From: Myxococcota bacterium
GTDB lineage: Bacteria; Myxococcota_A; Polyangia; Polyangiales; Sandaracinaceae
Reading direction: 5' to 3'
Length of the DNA: 64,000 nucleotides
Assembly: GCA_036149055.1 (NCBI GenBank)
Contig: JAYZQJ010000227.1
Span: 32,001-96,000, forward strand
Below, one piece after another: positions 48,492 to 57,445 of this stretch. The position numbers and the translations under genes were made by a program. Positions within the stretch are counted from its first letter, which is position 1; each line of letters starts with the position of its first letter. Under the pieces are notes generated by a model. The model was not told the origin of the DNA and ran no database searches. It saw only the letters and a list, made by a program, of their open reading frames with translations.

Positions 48492-48622
48492 GACTGACCT
48501 CGGTACTGGGGATCGACGGTCACGGGGACCTCGCGGGGTGGAGGAGGCGGCGGCTCGTCCTCGGTCTCGGGTCGACGCCAGCGGGGCGCGCGAAATCCAG
48601 CCCGACCGGTAGGCTCAATCAT
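48488..48622 (-). CDS. possible 44-aa Pro-rich small ORF coupled to both neighbours
   Basis: MIEPTGRAGFRAPRWRRPETEDEPPPPPPREVPVTVDPQYRGQS*. GGGGGTG SD-like sequence upstream. Its ATG lies in the last codons of the upstream gene and its stop overlaps the downstream ATG (ATGA). Confidence 0.45.
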   Translation of the reverse strand: MIEPTGRAGFRAPRWRRPETEDEPPPPPPREVPVTVDPQYRGQS

Positions 48623-50270
48623 GAGTCACCCCCGTGGGCACCCGCTGGTGGCGGAAGGCGTCGCTGAGGGCCACCGCGACCATCAGCTCGCGCAGGTCGT
48701 AGCCGGACTCGCGGAAGTCCTCCTGGAGCCGCTGCACCGAGCAGAGGTCCCACTCGGTCTCGGTGCGGCCCATGGCGTATCGGAAGAGCTGCATGGCGAC
48801 GCACTCGCGGACCTGCAGGCTCCCCGCGAGCTGCCCGGCCAGCTCGGGCACCCCCTCGAAGGGGCCGTCGGCGTCGACGGTGGCGTGGACCGCGCCGCTC
48901 GCGTCGACCGGGACGCCTTCGTCGAGCTCGCGCCACCGGCCCATCGCGTCGTAGTGCTCGAAGCCGAAGCCGATCGGGTCCATGAGCTGGTGGCAGCCGC
49001 GGCAGCGCTCGTTGGTGCTGTGCTCCGCGAAGCGCTCGCGGGTCGTCAGGCCGGGCGCGGGATCGGGCGCCACCACCGCGATGTCGTCGGGCGGGGGCGG
49101 GAGCTGCTGGCAGAGCAGGCGGGTCCGGACGAACAGCCCGCGGTGGATCGGGTCGCTCTGGTTGGGCTTGGCGAGCACGGTGAGCAGGCCCGGCTGGGTC
49201 AGCAGCCCCGCGCGCTGCGCCGGGTCGAGCTCCACGCGCTGGAGCGCGTCGCCTTCGATCCCCTCGATGCCGTACGCCCGGGCGAGCGGCCCGTCGACGT
49301 AGGTGTGGGTGCCGAGCAGCAGGGTGTCGACGTCGGTGCCCTCCTCGCCGAGGAAGGCGTCCTGGACGTAGCGCTCGACCGACGCGCGGAGCCGGGCCCC
49401 GGTGCCGTCCGCGAACTCGGGGTAGCGCTCCGCGTCGCGCCGGGCGCCGTCGAGCACGTCGAGGTGGAGCCACTGCCGGGCGAAGTCCCGCACGCCGGCG
49501 ACCGCGCGCTCGTCGTCGAGCAGGCGCCGGGCCTCGGCCTCGAGCCCCTCGGGCGTCGCGAGCCGCCCCGCGCCGGCCGCCTCGAGGAGGGCGTCGTCGG
49601 GGATCGAGCCCCAGAGGAAGAACGAGAGCCGGCTCGCGACCGCGAAGTCGTCGAGGGCCACGGTGTCACCCGCCCGGCCGGCCAGCTCGGGCGCCGCCTC
49701 GACGTGATAGAGGAAGCTCGGCGCGCTCAGCACCCCCTGCACGACCGTCTGGATCCCGGTCCGGAAGTCGTAGGCGCGCCCCACCTCGTAGAGGGCGAAC
49801 AGCCGGTCCGCTTCGACCGGGTCGAGCGGCCGCCGGAAGGCGCGCATGCCGAAGCGCGCGATGAACTCCCGCGCGCAGGTCTCCTCGCCGCTCGCGGCCA
49901 CGTCGCACTCGAGCAGCGCCTCGAAGCGGGTCGAGACCGCCTGCTCGGCCAGGCTCTCGGCCGCGTCGACGTACTGCTCGGCGAGCAGCGGTGATACCCG
50001 GGAGCCGACCTCGTACCCGCTGGTGTCGTCGTCGGCCGCGAAGTCGCGGGCCGCGCGCGCCTCGAACCCGAGCAGCTGGGTCGTCGCCCGATCGTACTCG
50101 GCGCGCGTCAGGTGCCGCAGCGGCGCGAGGTCCACCTGGGGCAGGTCACACCCCGCGGCCGGCCCCGGTCCGTCGTCTCCCGGTCGGAACGGCCGCTCGC
50201 CCCCGGGCGGCAGGACGGAGCCCTGACACCCGAGCAGCAGGAGCGCCAACCACGCGTGTGCCCGCGACAT
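48615..50270 (-). CDS. DUF1592/DUF1588 family lipoprotein
   Basis: Lipobox LLGC, LRHLTRAEY, RAFRRP, SAPSFLY, ASRLSFFLWGSIPD, RAGLLTQ, PIHRG, CRGCH..MDPIGFGFEHYD. Confidence 0.9.
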   Translation of the reverse strand: MSRAHAWLALLLLGCQGSVLPPGGERPFRPGDDGPGPAAGCDLPQVDLAPLRHLTRAEYDRATTQLLGFEARAARDFAADDDTSGYEVGSRVSPLLAEQYVDAAESLAEQAVSTRFEALLECDVAASGEETCAREFIARFGMRAFRRPLDPVEADRLFALYEVGRAYDFRTGIQTVVQGVLSAPSFLYHVEAAPELAGRAGDTVALDDFAVASRLSFFLWGSIPDDALLEAAGAGRLATPEGLEAEARRLLDDERAVAGVRDFARQWLHLDVLDGARRDAERYPEFADGTGARLRASVERYVQDAFLGEEGTDVDTLLLGTHTYVDGPLARAYGIEGIEGDALQRVELDPAQRAGLLTQPGLLTVLAKPNQSDPIHRGLFVRTRLLCQQLPPPPDDIAVVAPDPAPGLTTRERFAEHSTNERCRGCHQLMDPIGFGFEHYDAMGRWRELDEGVPVDASGAVHATVDADGPFEGVPELAGQLAGSLQVRECVAMQLFRYAMGRTETEWDLCSVQRLQEDFRESGYDLRELMVAVALSDAFRHQRVPTGVTHD

Positions 50271-50436
50271 GGGGACGCTCATCCGCAAGCGGCGGGCCAC
50301 GCCGGCGCGAGCCCATGCGAGCGAGCAGGGCGCGGATCGGCCGGGATCCGGCCTGGCACGGAGCGCGGGGTGCTCCGCCCGAGGAAAGTGGAGCGCTCCA
50401 CGCTCCGCCGGGCGCGTTTGGACCCAGAGCTGCGTC

Positions 50437-50877
50437 GTGCGCGCGCTCCTCCTCACCCACCTGGCGACGACCCTCGGCATGGTCGCCGTGATCTGGTTCG
50501 TGCAGCTCGTCCACTACCCGCTCTTCGCCCGGGTCGGGGCGCGCGAGTTCCCGGTCTACGAGGCGTGGCACCAGACCCGGATCTCCTGGATCGTGGTGCC
50601 GCTGATGCTCGCCGAGCTCGGCACCGCGGGGCTCCTCGCGCTCCACGGCGAGCTCCCCTGGGCGCCGCGGTGGGAGCGGGTCGCGGGGCTCGGGCTGGTG
50701 CTGGCGGTCTGGGGGGTGACCTTCTTCCTGTCCGTGCCCGAGCACCGCCAGCTCTCGGGCGGGTTCGACCCCGACGCGCTCCGCCGCCTGGTCGGCACCA
50801 ACTGGCTGCGCACCCTCGGCTGGACGGCGCGAGGCGCCCTGGTCTGCGCCTGGACCTGGCGAGCGCTGAGCGTCTGA
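50437..50877 (+). CDS. small membrane protein
   Basis: IWFVQLVHYPLF, VVPLMLAEL, SVPEH, NWLRT: a four-helix membrane pattern. Confidence 0.75.
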   Translation: MRALLLTHLATTLGMVAVIWFVQLVHYPLFARVGAREFPVYEAWHQTRISWIVVPLMLAELGTAGLLALHGELPWAPRWERVAGLGLVLAVWGVTFFLSVPEHRQLSGGFDPDALRRLVGTNWLRTLGWTARGALVCAWTWRALSV

Positions 50878-50881
50878 GCCG

Positions 50882-51658
50882 CTAGCGTCCCTCGAACCGG
50901 GGATCGCGCTTCTCGAGCAGGGCCGCCATGCCCTCCTCGGCGTCGACGGTCGCGACGGTCACCGCCTGAGCGTATGCCTCTCGATACGCCGCGGTGCGCG
51001 GCTCCCAGCCGAGGCCTTGCCGGAGGCTGGCCTTGGTGGTGCGGATCGCGATGGGCGCGTTCGACGCGATGGTCCGGGCCACCTCCATCGCCTCGGGCAC
51101 CGGGTCGTCCGAGGCGGCGTTGAACAGTCCCGCCGCCGCTCCCTCGGCGCCGTCGAAGAGCCGCCCCGTGTAGAGCCACTCGCTCGCCTTCGGCAGCCCG
51201 ACGAGGCGAGGGAGCACGTAGCTCACCGCCATGCCCGGGTGCAGCCCGAGCCGGGTGAAGTTCGCGCCGTACTTCGCGTCGCTGCGGGCGTATCGAAGAT
51301 CACACATCAACGCGAGCCCGAAGCCCCCGCCGATCGCGTGCCCGTTGAGCGCGCCCACCACCGGCACCTCGACGTCGAGCAGGCTCAGGAACGGCTCGTA
51401 CATCGCGTACGATCGCTCGTGCGGCTGCCGGCCCGGCTGCTCCCGCTGGATCTGCGACTTGAAGTCGGCGCCGGCCGAGAACGACCGCCCCTCCCCGGTC
51501 ACCACGAGGCAGCGCAGCCCCTGGTCGCCCCGGGCCTCGCGCACCCGCGCCGCGAAGCCCTCGAGCAGCTCCTCGGTCATCGAGTTCCGGTTGTCCGGCC
51601 GGTTCAGGGTGATCACCCCGACCCCGCCGTCCCGCTCGTATCGCACCGCGTCGCTCAT
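50882..51658 (-). CDS. enoyl-CoA hydratase/isomerase family protein
   Basis: ITLNRPDNRN, FSAGAD, NGHAIGGG, LGLHPGM, EKRDPRFEGR. Confidence 0.92.
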   Translation of the reverse strand: MSDAVRYERDGGVGVITLNRPDNRNSMTEELLEGFAARVREARGDQGLRCLVVTGEGRSFSAGADFKSQIQREQPGRQPHERSYAMYEPFLSLLDVEVPVVGALNGHAIGGGFGLALMCDLRYARSDAKYGANFTRLGLHPGMAVSYVLPRLVGLPKASEWLYTGRLFDGAEGAAAGLFNAASDDPVPEAMEVARTIASNAPIAIRTTKASLRQGLGWEPRTAAYREAYAQAVTVATVDAEEGMAALLEKRDPRFEGR

Positions 51659-51748
51659 GCGCCTCGATACCACGCCAACGCCATTGGCGGGGAGTGGCAG
51701 CGCGCTTGCCCGATTGTCTTCGGCATCGAAGTTGCCCCCGACGCCAGC

Positions 51749-52168
51749 GTGCGCTGGCCTTCGCTCCTCTGCACCCTCGGTCTGTTCAGTTGCGCCGCTC
51801 CCGTGGGCGAGGCGCCCGAGTGCCGACACGGCCAGCTCATCCTCCGGGCGCAGACCGTAGGGGAGCCGGCCCCAGTACCGCTGTGCCTGCCGCGAGCCCC
51901 GCTGCGGCGTGCGGACGGTAGCCCCGTGTGCACGCTGATCGAGCGCCGTTTCGGGGAAGGGGCGTGCGATGACGTCGAGGGACGCGTCCGCCTGAGCCCC
52001 GATGATCCCCGAACCTGCGAGGTCGTCGGGCTGCTGTTGCTGTCGCCCGACGCCGAAGCGTGCTGGAACGCGGCCGCCGCCCTCCAGGTCGATCCGACCA
52101 CTCCGCCCGACACCGATCTCGAGCTCCGTTGCCAGACCGAGCTCAGCGCTCCCGTGCCGTGTGAGTGA
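51749..52168 (+). CDS. possible small Cys-containing lipoprotein
   Basis: MRWPSLLCTLGLFSC lipobox-like start. Codon usage is atypical. Confidence 0.4.
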   Translation: MRWPSLLCTLGLFSCAAPVGEAPECRHGQLILRAQTVGEPAPVPLCLPRAPLRRADGSPVCTLIERRFGEGACDDVEGRVRLSPDDPRTCEVVGLLLLSPDAEACWNAAAALQVDPTTPPDTDLELRCQTELSAPVPCE

Positions 52169-52185
52169 GACAGCAGCGCGCGGTG

Positions 52186-53622
52186 CTAGGAGGACCAGAG
52201 ATCGGCGGCGAGGTGGTCGACGTAGGCGACGGCTTCGAGGCCGGTGGGGAGGCCGGCGAGGCGGCGGAGCTCCTCGTCGGGCTCTTCGCTCGCCTGGAGG
52301 CGCAGGGTCACGATGGCGTCGCGGCGGGCCTGGTCGATCCGGGCGCGCTCGGCGTCGGTGAGCTGGGGCTCGAGCCAGGCGGCGACCGCCCAGCTGAGCT
52401 CGGCGTGTCGGATCTCGTCGTCGGCGATCTCTCGCATCGCCGCCGCGATCTCGGCGTCCTCCGCGCGGAGCGCCTGGTGCGCGCCCACCAGGGCGCCGAA
52501 GGTCTCACGAACGCAACCTTCCACCGCGTTCTCCAGCGCGATCTCGAAGGCGCTGCGGGGGCGGCGGGCGTCGATCGTCGGCTCGAGGCCGACTGCGCCG
52601 TACCTCGAAGCGACCGCGCCCATCGCGTCCGCGTGCCGCACCTCGTCCGCCCGCGCCTCGCGCGCCCGGGCCAGCAGCGCGTCCGGGGCGCCGAGCGCTC
52701 CGAGCTCGTCGATCAGCACGTCGAAGGCGGCCACCGCGCTCGCCTCGAGGCGAGCCACGTGTCCGAACCAGCGGCCGACGGTGTCCCGCGCCGAGTCGTC
52801 CGCGCGCAGGCCCTCGGGGCGCCGACCGATGCAGCCGAAGTCCTCCTCGCGCGCCACCTCGCGCTCGTCCTCGAGCGTCATCTCCCCGCCCGGGCTCACG
52901 TGGAAGGTGAAGCGGGTGGTGATCCAGGGCGAGCCGCAGCCGCCTCCCGCCTGATACGCGTAGACCCGGTAGCCGTCGCCCAGGGTCTCCACCGACGAGA
53001 GGTGCTCGCCGGCGCAGTAGATGTCGTAGCCGGCGTGCCAGACGAGCAGCGCGGCCTCGTTCGGGGTGTCGATGGTGCCCAGGAACGCGAGCACCTCGGC
53101 CGGCTCGATCCGCGCCTGGATCTCGTCGCCGTCGGTGCTCAGGAGCACGTTCTGCCAGATCTCGTTCGTCCGCTCGTCGAACCGGGTCTCGCAGCCGGCG
53201 CGGTCGGAGGCGTCCCCGCAGCGCTCTCCGGTCTCGTGGATCGGCGCGAGCGGCGCCCGGCCGAGCCCGACGCCCCAGGCCCCGAGGTAGTGCGGGGCGC
53301 TCGCCGCGTTCAACCCGTCCACCGCCCGATACTGCCCGTCGGCGCAGAGCACCGCGGGAGGCGGCGGAGGCGGCGGCGGCGGCGGCGGCGGCATGTCGGC
53401 GTCGACGACCTGCGCGTCGCCGCCCACCCCCGAGTCGGCCACCCCGGAGTCCACGCTCCCGTGGCTCATGTTGCAACCCGCCAGGACCGCGGCGGTCACC
53501 GAGGCGTGCGCGAGCTTGCGCAGGTAGTCGCCGAACGACGGCGCCCCGCCGTGGCGCGCGATGAGCGCCCGGAGCGTGCGCCGGGCGGGGTTGTCGTGGT
53601 CGAAGGGTCGTCGAGCCGTCAT
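52186..53622 (-). CDS. lipoprotein with C-terminal ferritin-like (di-metal) domain
   Basis: VLAGC lipobox, poly-Pro linker, CIGRRPEGL, ARLEASAVAAF, DEVRHA, ENAVEGCVRETFGA, DEIRHAELSW. Confidence 0.82.
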   Translation of the reverse strand: MTARRPFDHDNPARRTLRALIARHGGAPSFGDYLRKLAHASVTAAVLAGCNMSHGSVDSGVADSGVGGDAQVVDADMPPPPPPPPPPPPAVLCADGQYRAVDGLNAASAPHYLGAWGVGLGRAPLAPIHETGERCGDASDRAGCETRFDERTNEIWQNVLLSTDGDEIQARIEPAEVLAFLGTIDTPNEAALLVWHAGYDIYCAGEHLSSVETLGDGYRVYAYQAGGGCGSPWITTRFTFHVSPGGEMTLEDEREVAREEDFGCIGRRPEGLRADDSARDTVGRWFGHVARLEASAVAAFDVLIDELGALGAPDALLARAREARADEVRHADAMGAVASRYGAVGLEPTIDARRPRSAFEIALENAVEGCVRETFGALVGAHQALRAEDAEIAAAMREIADDEIRHAELSWAVAAWLEPQLTDAERARIDQARRDAIVTLRLQASEEPDEELRRLAGLPTGLEAVAYVDHLAADLWSS

Positions 53623-53637
53623 GAGCGGAGTCGAGCA

Positions 53638-53652
53638 GCATCGCGCGTGCCA
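53638..53652 (-). promoter_or_regulatory. putative sigma54 promoter
   Basis: TGGCACGCGCGATGC on the minus strand, just upstream of ATG 53622. Confidence 0.5.
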
Positions 53653-53702
53653 CGAGGGGACGTGGGCGATCGGCCGGGAGGCCAGGCACAACCCGGCACG
53701 CT

Positions 53703-55829
53703 TCAGGCCACCTCGACCGGGATCCCGCTGAGCACCGCGTTGCCGCTGAGCGCGTCGACGCGGCGGTCGTCGGTCAGGTCGTTGAGGCTCGCGCCGGCGT
53801 GGGCCCGGGCCACCTCGAGGCGCACCCCCTCGCGGTCGTGGCCGAAGCCGTGCGGCAGGCTCACCACGCCCGGCATCACGTCCTCGGTCAGCTCGACCGG
53901 GACGGTCACCGCGCCGGTGCGCGAGCGGACCTCGACCTCGTCGCCGTCGTCGATGCGGCGCGCCTCGGCGTCCTCGGGGTGCATGAGCAGGGTACAGATC
54001 GGCTTGCCCGCCATCAGCTTCGGCACGTTGTGCATCCAGCTGTTGTTGCTCCGGAGGTGGCGCCGCCCGATCAGGCTCAGCCCGCGCACCCGACCGCCGC
54101 TCCCCTCGAGCCGGGGCAGGTCGTCGAGGAAGCGCTTCGGCGCGATGTCGAGCTTCTCCCGCCACGGCTTCATGCGGCCCGGGAGCTGCGACTCGAGCGG
54201 CCCGAGGTCGACGCCGTGCGGACGCTTCTCGAGCGCCGACACGCTGAGCCCGCGCCGCGGCGGCCAGGCGCGCGCGCCGTGGGGGCCGAGCCGGAGGCCG
54301 AGATCGACGATCGCCTCGGGGCCGAGCCGCTTCATCGCCGCGTACCGGACGCGCTTGCCGGCCGTGAGGGTGCCGCGCCGCCGCTCGAGGCGCTCGACCA
54401 GCTCGATCAGGATGCGGTGCTCCGGCATGCCCTTCGGGGCGAAGAGCGGCGGCGCGTACTTCGCGGTGTTGCGCACCGCGAGGTGATGGAAGGCGACGTC
54501 GTAGTGGGGCCGCTCGAGGGGCGACGGCGGCGGCAGGATCACGCTCGCGTGGCGTGTGGTCTCGTTCACGTAGAAGTCGACGCAGACCACGTGCTCCAGC
54601 CCGGCGATCGCCCGGTCGAGCTGCCCGCCGTTCGGGGTCGAGAGCACCGGGTTGCCCGCGCTGGTGATCAGGGCCCTCACCTGGCCCTCGCCTTCGGTGA
54701 GCATCTCTTCGGCCAGCACCGCGACCGGCAGCTCCCCGTTGTGCTCGGGCAGCCCGCGCACCCGGCTGCTCCAGCGCCCGAACGAGCCGCGGCCGATGCC
54801 GAAACCGAGCGGCGCGTTCACCGCGTCGACCGCCGGGGTGGTCAGCATCGCGCCGCCGGGGCGGTCGAAGTTGCCGGTCACGAGGTTGATCGCCTGGATC
54901 AGCCACTGGCAGAGGCCGCCGAACTCCTGGGTCGAGCAGCCGAAGCGCCCGTAGACGACCGCGCGCTCGGCCGCGCAGAGCTCGTTCGCCATCGAGACGA
55001 GGGTGTCCTCGTCGATCTCGGTGCGCTCCGCGGCGCGCTCGGGCGTGAAGGGCTCCATCGCCTCGCGCAGCGCGTCCATGCCCTCGACGTGCCCCTCGAG
55101 GTGGCCGAGCCCGCGGCCCGCCCGGAGCGCCACGTGCAAGATCGCCGCGAGCAGCCAGGCGTCGGTCCCCGGCCGGATGAAGCAGTGCGCGTCGGCCATC
55201 TTGGCGGTCTCGGTGCGGCGGGGATCGATCACCACCACCTTGCCCCCGCGCTCCTGGATCGCCTTCAGCCGCCGCTTCACGTCGGGGGCGCTCATCAGGC
55301 TGCCGTTCGACGCCAGGGGGTTGGCGCCGAGGATCACCATGTGGTCCGTGCGGTCGATGTCGGGGATCGGCAGCAGGAACTGGTGGCCGAGCATGAAGTG
55401 CGCGGCGAGGTGATGGGGGAGCTGGTCGACGCTGGTCGCCGAGTACTTGTTCTTCGTCTTCAGGGCCCGCATCAGCATCGGCGCGAAGAGCGCGGCCGGG
55501 AGCGAGTGCACGGTGGGGTTGCCGAGGTACATCGCGACCGCGTCGCGCCCGTGCGCCTCCTGCACCCGGTGGATCCCCTCGGCGGCGAGCTCGAGCGCCT
55601 CCTCCCAGCCGCACTCCACGAAGCGCCCGCCCTCCTTCTTGAGCGGCGCGCGCAGTCGATCCGGGTCGGCGTGCAGCCCCGCGAGCGCGGGCCCCTTGGG
55701 GCACACGTAGCCCTGCGAGAAGGGATCCTCCCGGTCCCCTCGGATCGACACCACGCGCTCGCCGTCGGTCTCGATCGCGAGCCCGCACATCGCCTCGCAC
55801 AGCGGGCAGCTCCGGAAGTGCTCCGTCAT
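53703..55829 (-). CDS. molybdopterin oxidoreductase family protein (4Fe-4S)
   Basis: CPLCEAMCG...CPKG, DPDRLRAP, GANPLASNGS, IDPRRTETA, IRPGTD, RSNNSWMHN, PGVVSLPHG. Confidence 0.92.
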   Translation of the reverse strand: MTEHFRSCPLCEAMCGLAIETDGERVVSIRGDREDPFSQGYVCPKGPALAGLHADPDRLRAPLKKEGGRFVECGWEEALELAAEGIHRVQEAHGRDAVAMYLGNPTVHSLPAALFAPMLMRALKTKNKYSATSVDQLPHHLAAHFMLGHQFLLPIPDIDRTDHMVILGANPLASNGSLMSAPDVKRRLKAIQERGGKVVVIDPRRTETAKMADAHCFIRPGTDAWLLAAILHVALRAGRGLGHLEGHVEGMDALREAMEPFTPERAAERTEIDEDTLVSMANELCAAERAVVYGRFGCSTQEFGGLCQWLIQAINLVTGNFDRPGGAMLTTPAVDAVNAPLGFGIGRGSFGRWSSRVRGLPEHNGELPVAVLAEEMLTEGEGQVRALITSAGNPVLSTPNGGQLDRAIAGLEHVVCVDFYVNETTRHASVILPPPSPLERPHYDVAFHHLAVRNTAKYAPPLFAPKGMPEHRILIELVERLERRRGTLTAGKRVRYAAMKRLGPEAIVDLGLRLGPHGARAWPPRRGLSVSALEKRPHGVDLGPLESQLPGRMKPWREKLDIAPKRFLDDLPRLEGSGGRVRGLSLIGRRHLRSNNSWMHNVPKLMAGKPICTLLMHPEDAEARRIDDGDEVEVRSRTGAVTVPVELTEDVMPGVVSLPHGFGHDREGVRLEVARAHAGASLNDLTDDRRVDALSGNAVLSGIPVEVA

Positions 55830-55845
55830 GCCCGAAGGGTAGCGG

Positions 55846-56499
55846 TCAGGCGACCGATTGGCGCTCGCCGGGGACGACCTCGCCGCAGAGCTCGACCAGG
55901 GCGCCGGCGCGGACGCTGACGATCATGGCCGAGTCGGGGTCCATCTCCGCCGGGAAGAGCCCGGTGTCGACAACGACCGCGCGGGCCCCGTGCTCGAGGT
56001 ACTGCGGGGCGTTGTCGGAGCCGACGCCGCCGAAGGCGATGAGCTTCGCCTCCGGGAAGGCGCTCGAGAGCCAACCGAAGTACTCGGGGCCGCCGAGCCC
56101 GTGGGCCGGGATGACGCAGATCGGGCCGTCGTGGATCCGCACCGCGGTGTGGACCTCGTTCGGCGTCGTGACGCTCGGGATGACGTCCAGCCCCCGCGCT
56201 CGACCGGTCTGGACCAGCTCGAGGTCGAAGATCGGCGAGAGCACGAACTCGGCCCCGGCGGCGAGCGCGACGTTGAGCTGGTCGGAGACGACCACGTCGC
56301 TGAGCCCCACCGTCGCGTCGGTCATGTCGGCCACCTCGGCCGCGATCTCGGCCACGAAGGGCACCGAGATCGGCAGGGCCAGGACCTCGATCCCGCCCTC
56401 GGCGGCCGCGAGCGCGCGCGCCAGCAGCCCCTCGCGCTCCGGCGCCTGCACGATCGTCGCGAGCTTGCAGCGCTCGAGCACGTCCACCGCGTCCCCCAT
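55846..56499 (-). CDS. KDPG/KHG aldolase (Eda)-fold protein lacking canonical catalytic residues
   Basis: AGAEFVLSP, TPNE, GLGGPEY, FGGV..DNA..YL.HGA. The Schiff-base motif reads ICVIPA instead of LKxFPA. Confidence 0.8.
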   Translation of the reverse strand: MGDAVDVLERCKLATIVQAPEREGLLARALAAAEGGIEVLALPISVPFVAEIAAEVADMTDATVGLSDVVVSDQLNVALAAGAEFVLSPIFDLELVQTGRARGLDVIPSVTTPNEVHTAVRIHDGPICVIPAHGLGGPEYFGWLSSAFPEAKLIAFGGVGSDNAPQYLEHGARAVVVDTGLFPAEMDPDSAMIVSVRAGALVELCGEVVPGERQSVA

Positions 56500-56722
56500 G
56501 GCCCGCACAGCTATCCCCATTCACGGCCCCGTGGTCAAGCCCGAACGCCCCCCGTGCCCCTGCCCGTGCCCGCGAGAGACCCTTTTCCGGAGGAGACCCA
56601 CGAGCAGGGGACCTGGGCAGGGCCTCGGGGAATGACCTATGCTCCCAACCGGTTGCGTGCCTGAGGCCGCGCTACGGGCTGGGGGGCCGCGGGCGCGAGC
56701 GACCCATGTCGGGGGAATCGAG

Positions 56723-57355
56723 TTGTTGATCTACGCGTACCTGGTCTCGCTGATCGTCGGAGGGGTGCTCCTCGGAGCCTCGATCCTCCTGGGCGGCAAG
56801 GACCTCGACGCGGACGCCGACGCCGACGTCGATCTGGACGTCGACGCGGACGCGGACGCCGACCTGGACCTCGACGCGGACGCGGACGGGGAGTTCGACA
56901 AGGACGTCGGAGGCCACGGGGACTTCTCGGGCTTCCTGTTCATGTTCCTCTCGCTTCGCTTCTGGACCTTCTTCCTCGCCTTCTTCGGGCTCACCGGCCT
57001 GGTGCTCGACGGGCTCAGCCTCGTCAGCTCGGAGTGGCTCGGGCTCGGGCTGGCGCTCGGCATGGGCTTCGGCACCGGCGCGCTGGCGATGAGCGTGATC
57101 CGCATGCTGGGCTCGGACACGAGCGGCAGCGCGGTGCGGAGCACCGACTACATCGGCAAGACGGCGCGGGTCGTCGTGCCGATCGAGAAGGGCAGCGTCG
57201 GCAAGGTGCGCGTGGACATCAAGGGCACCAGCGTCGACCTGCTCGCCAGCGGGCTCGAGGAAGACGGCTTCACGGGCAAGGAAGAGGTCCTCATCGTCGA
57301 GATGGACGGGCCTCGGGCGCGGGTCGCGCGCCTGGATCCCAACGGCAAGGCCTGA
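56723..57355 (+). CDS. NfeD-like membrane protein with an acidic (DADAD) loop
   Basis: TM helices, LSLRFWTFFLAFFGLTG, C-terminal OB-fold (IGKTARVVVPI...GKVRV). Lies upstream of the flotillins. Confidence 0.85.
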   Translation: MLIYAYLVSLIVGGVLLGASILLGGKDLDADADADVDLDVDADADADLDLDADADGEFDKDVGGHGDFSGFLFMFLSLRFWTFFLAFFGLTGLVLDGLSLVSSEWLGLGLALGMGFGTGALAMSVIRMLGSDTSGSAVRSTDYIGKTARVVVPIEKGSVGKVRVDIKGTSVDLLASGLEEDGFTGKEEVLIVEMDGPRARVARLDPNGKA

Positions 57356-57445
57356 TCGGGGAGGGCCGCGAGAGCGGTTCGATCGGGCGGTTCGGCAATT
57401 CGGTTCATTGGGGGGCGTTCGGCGCCGCCGAGGAGAGAAGGAGAG

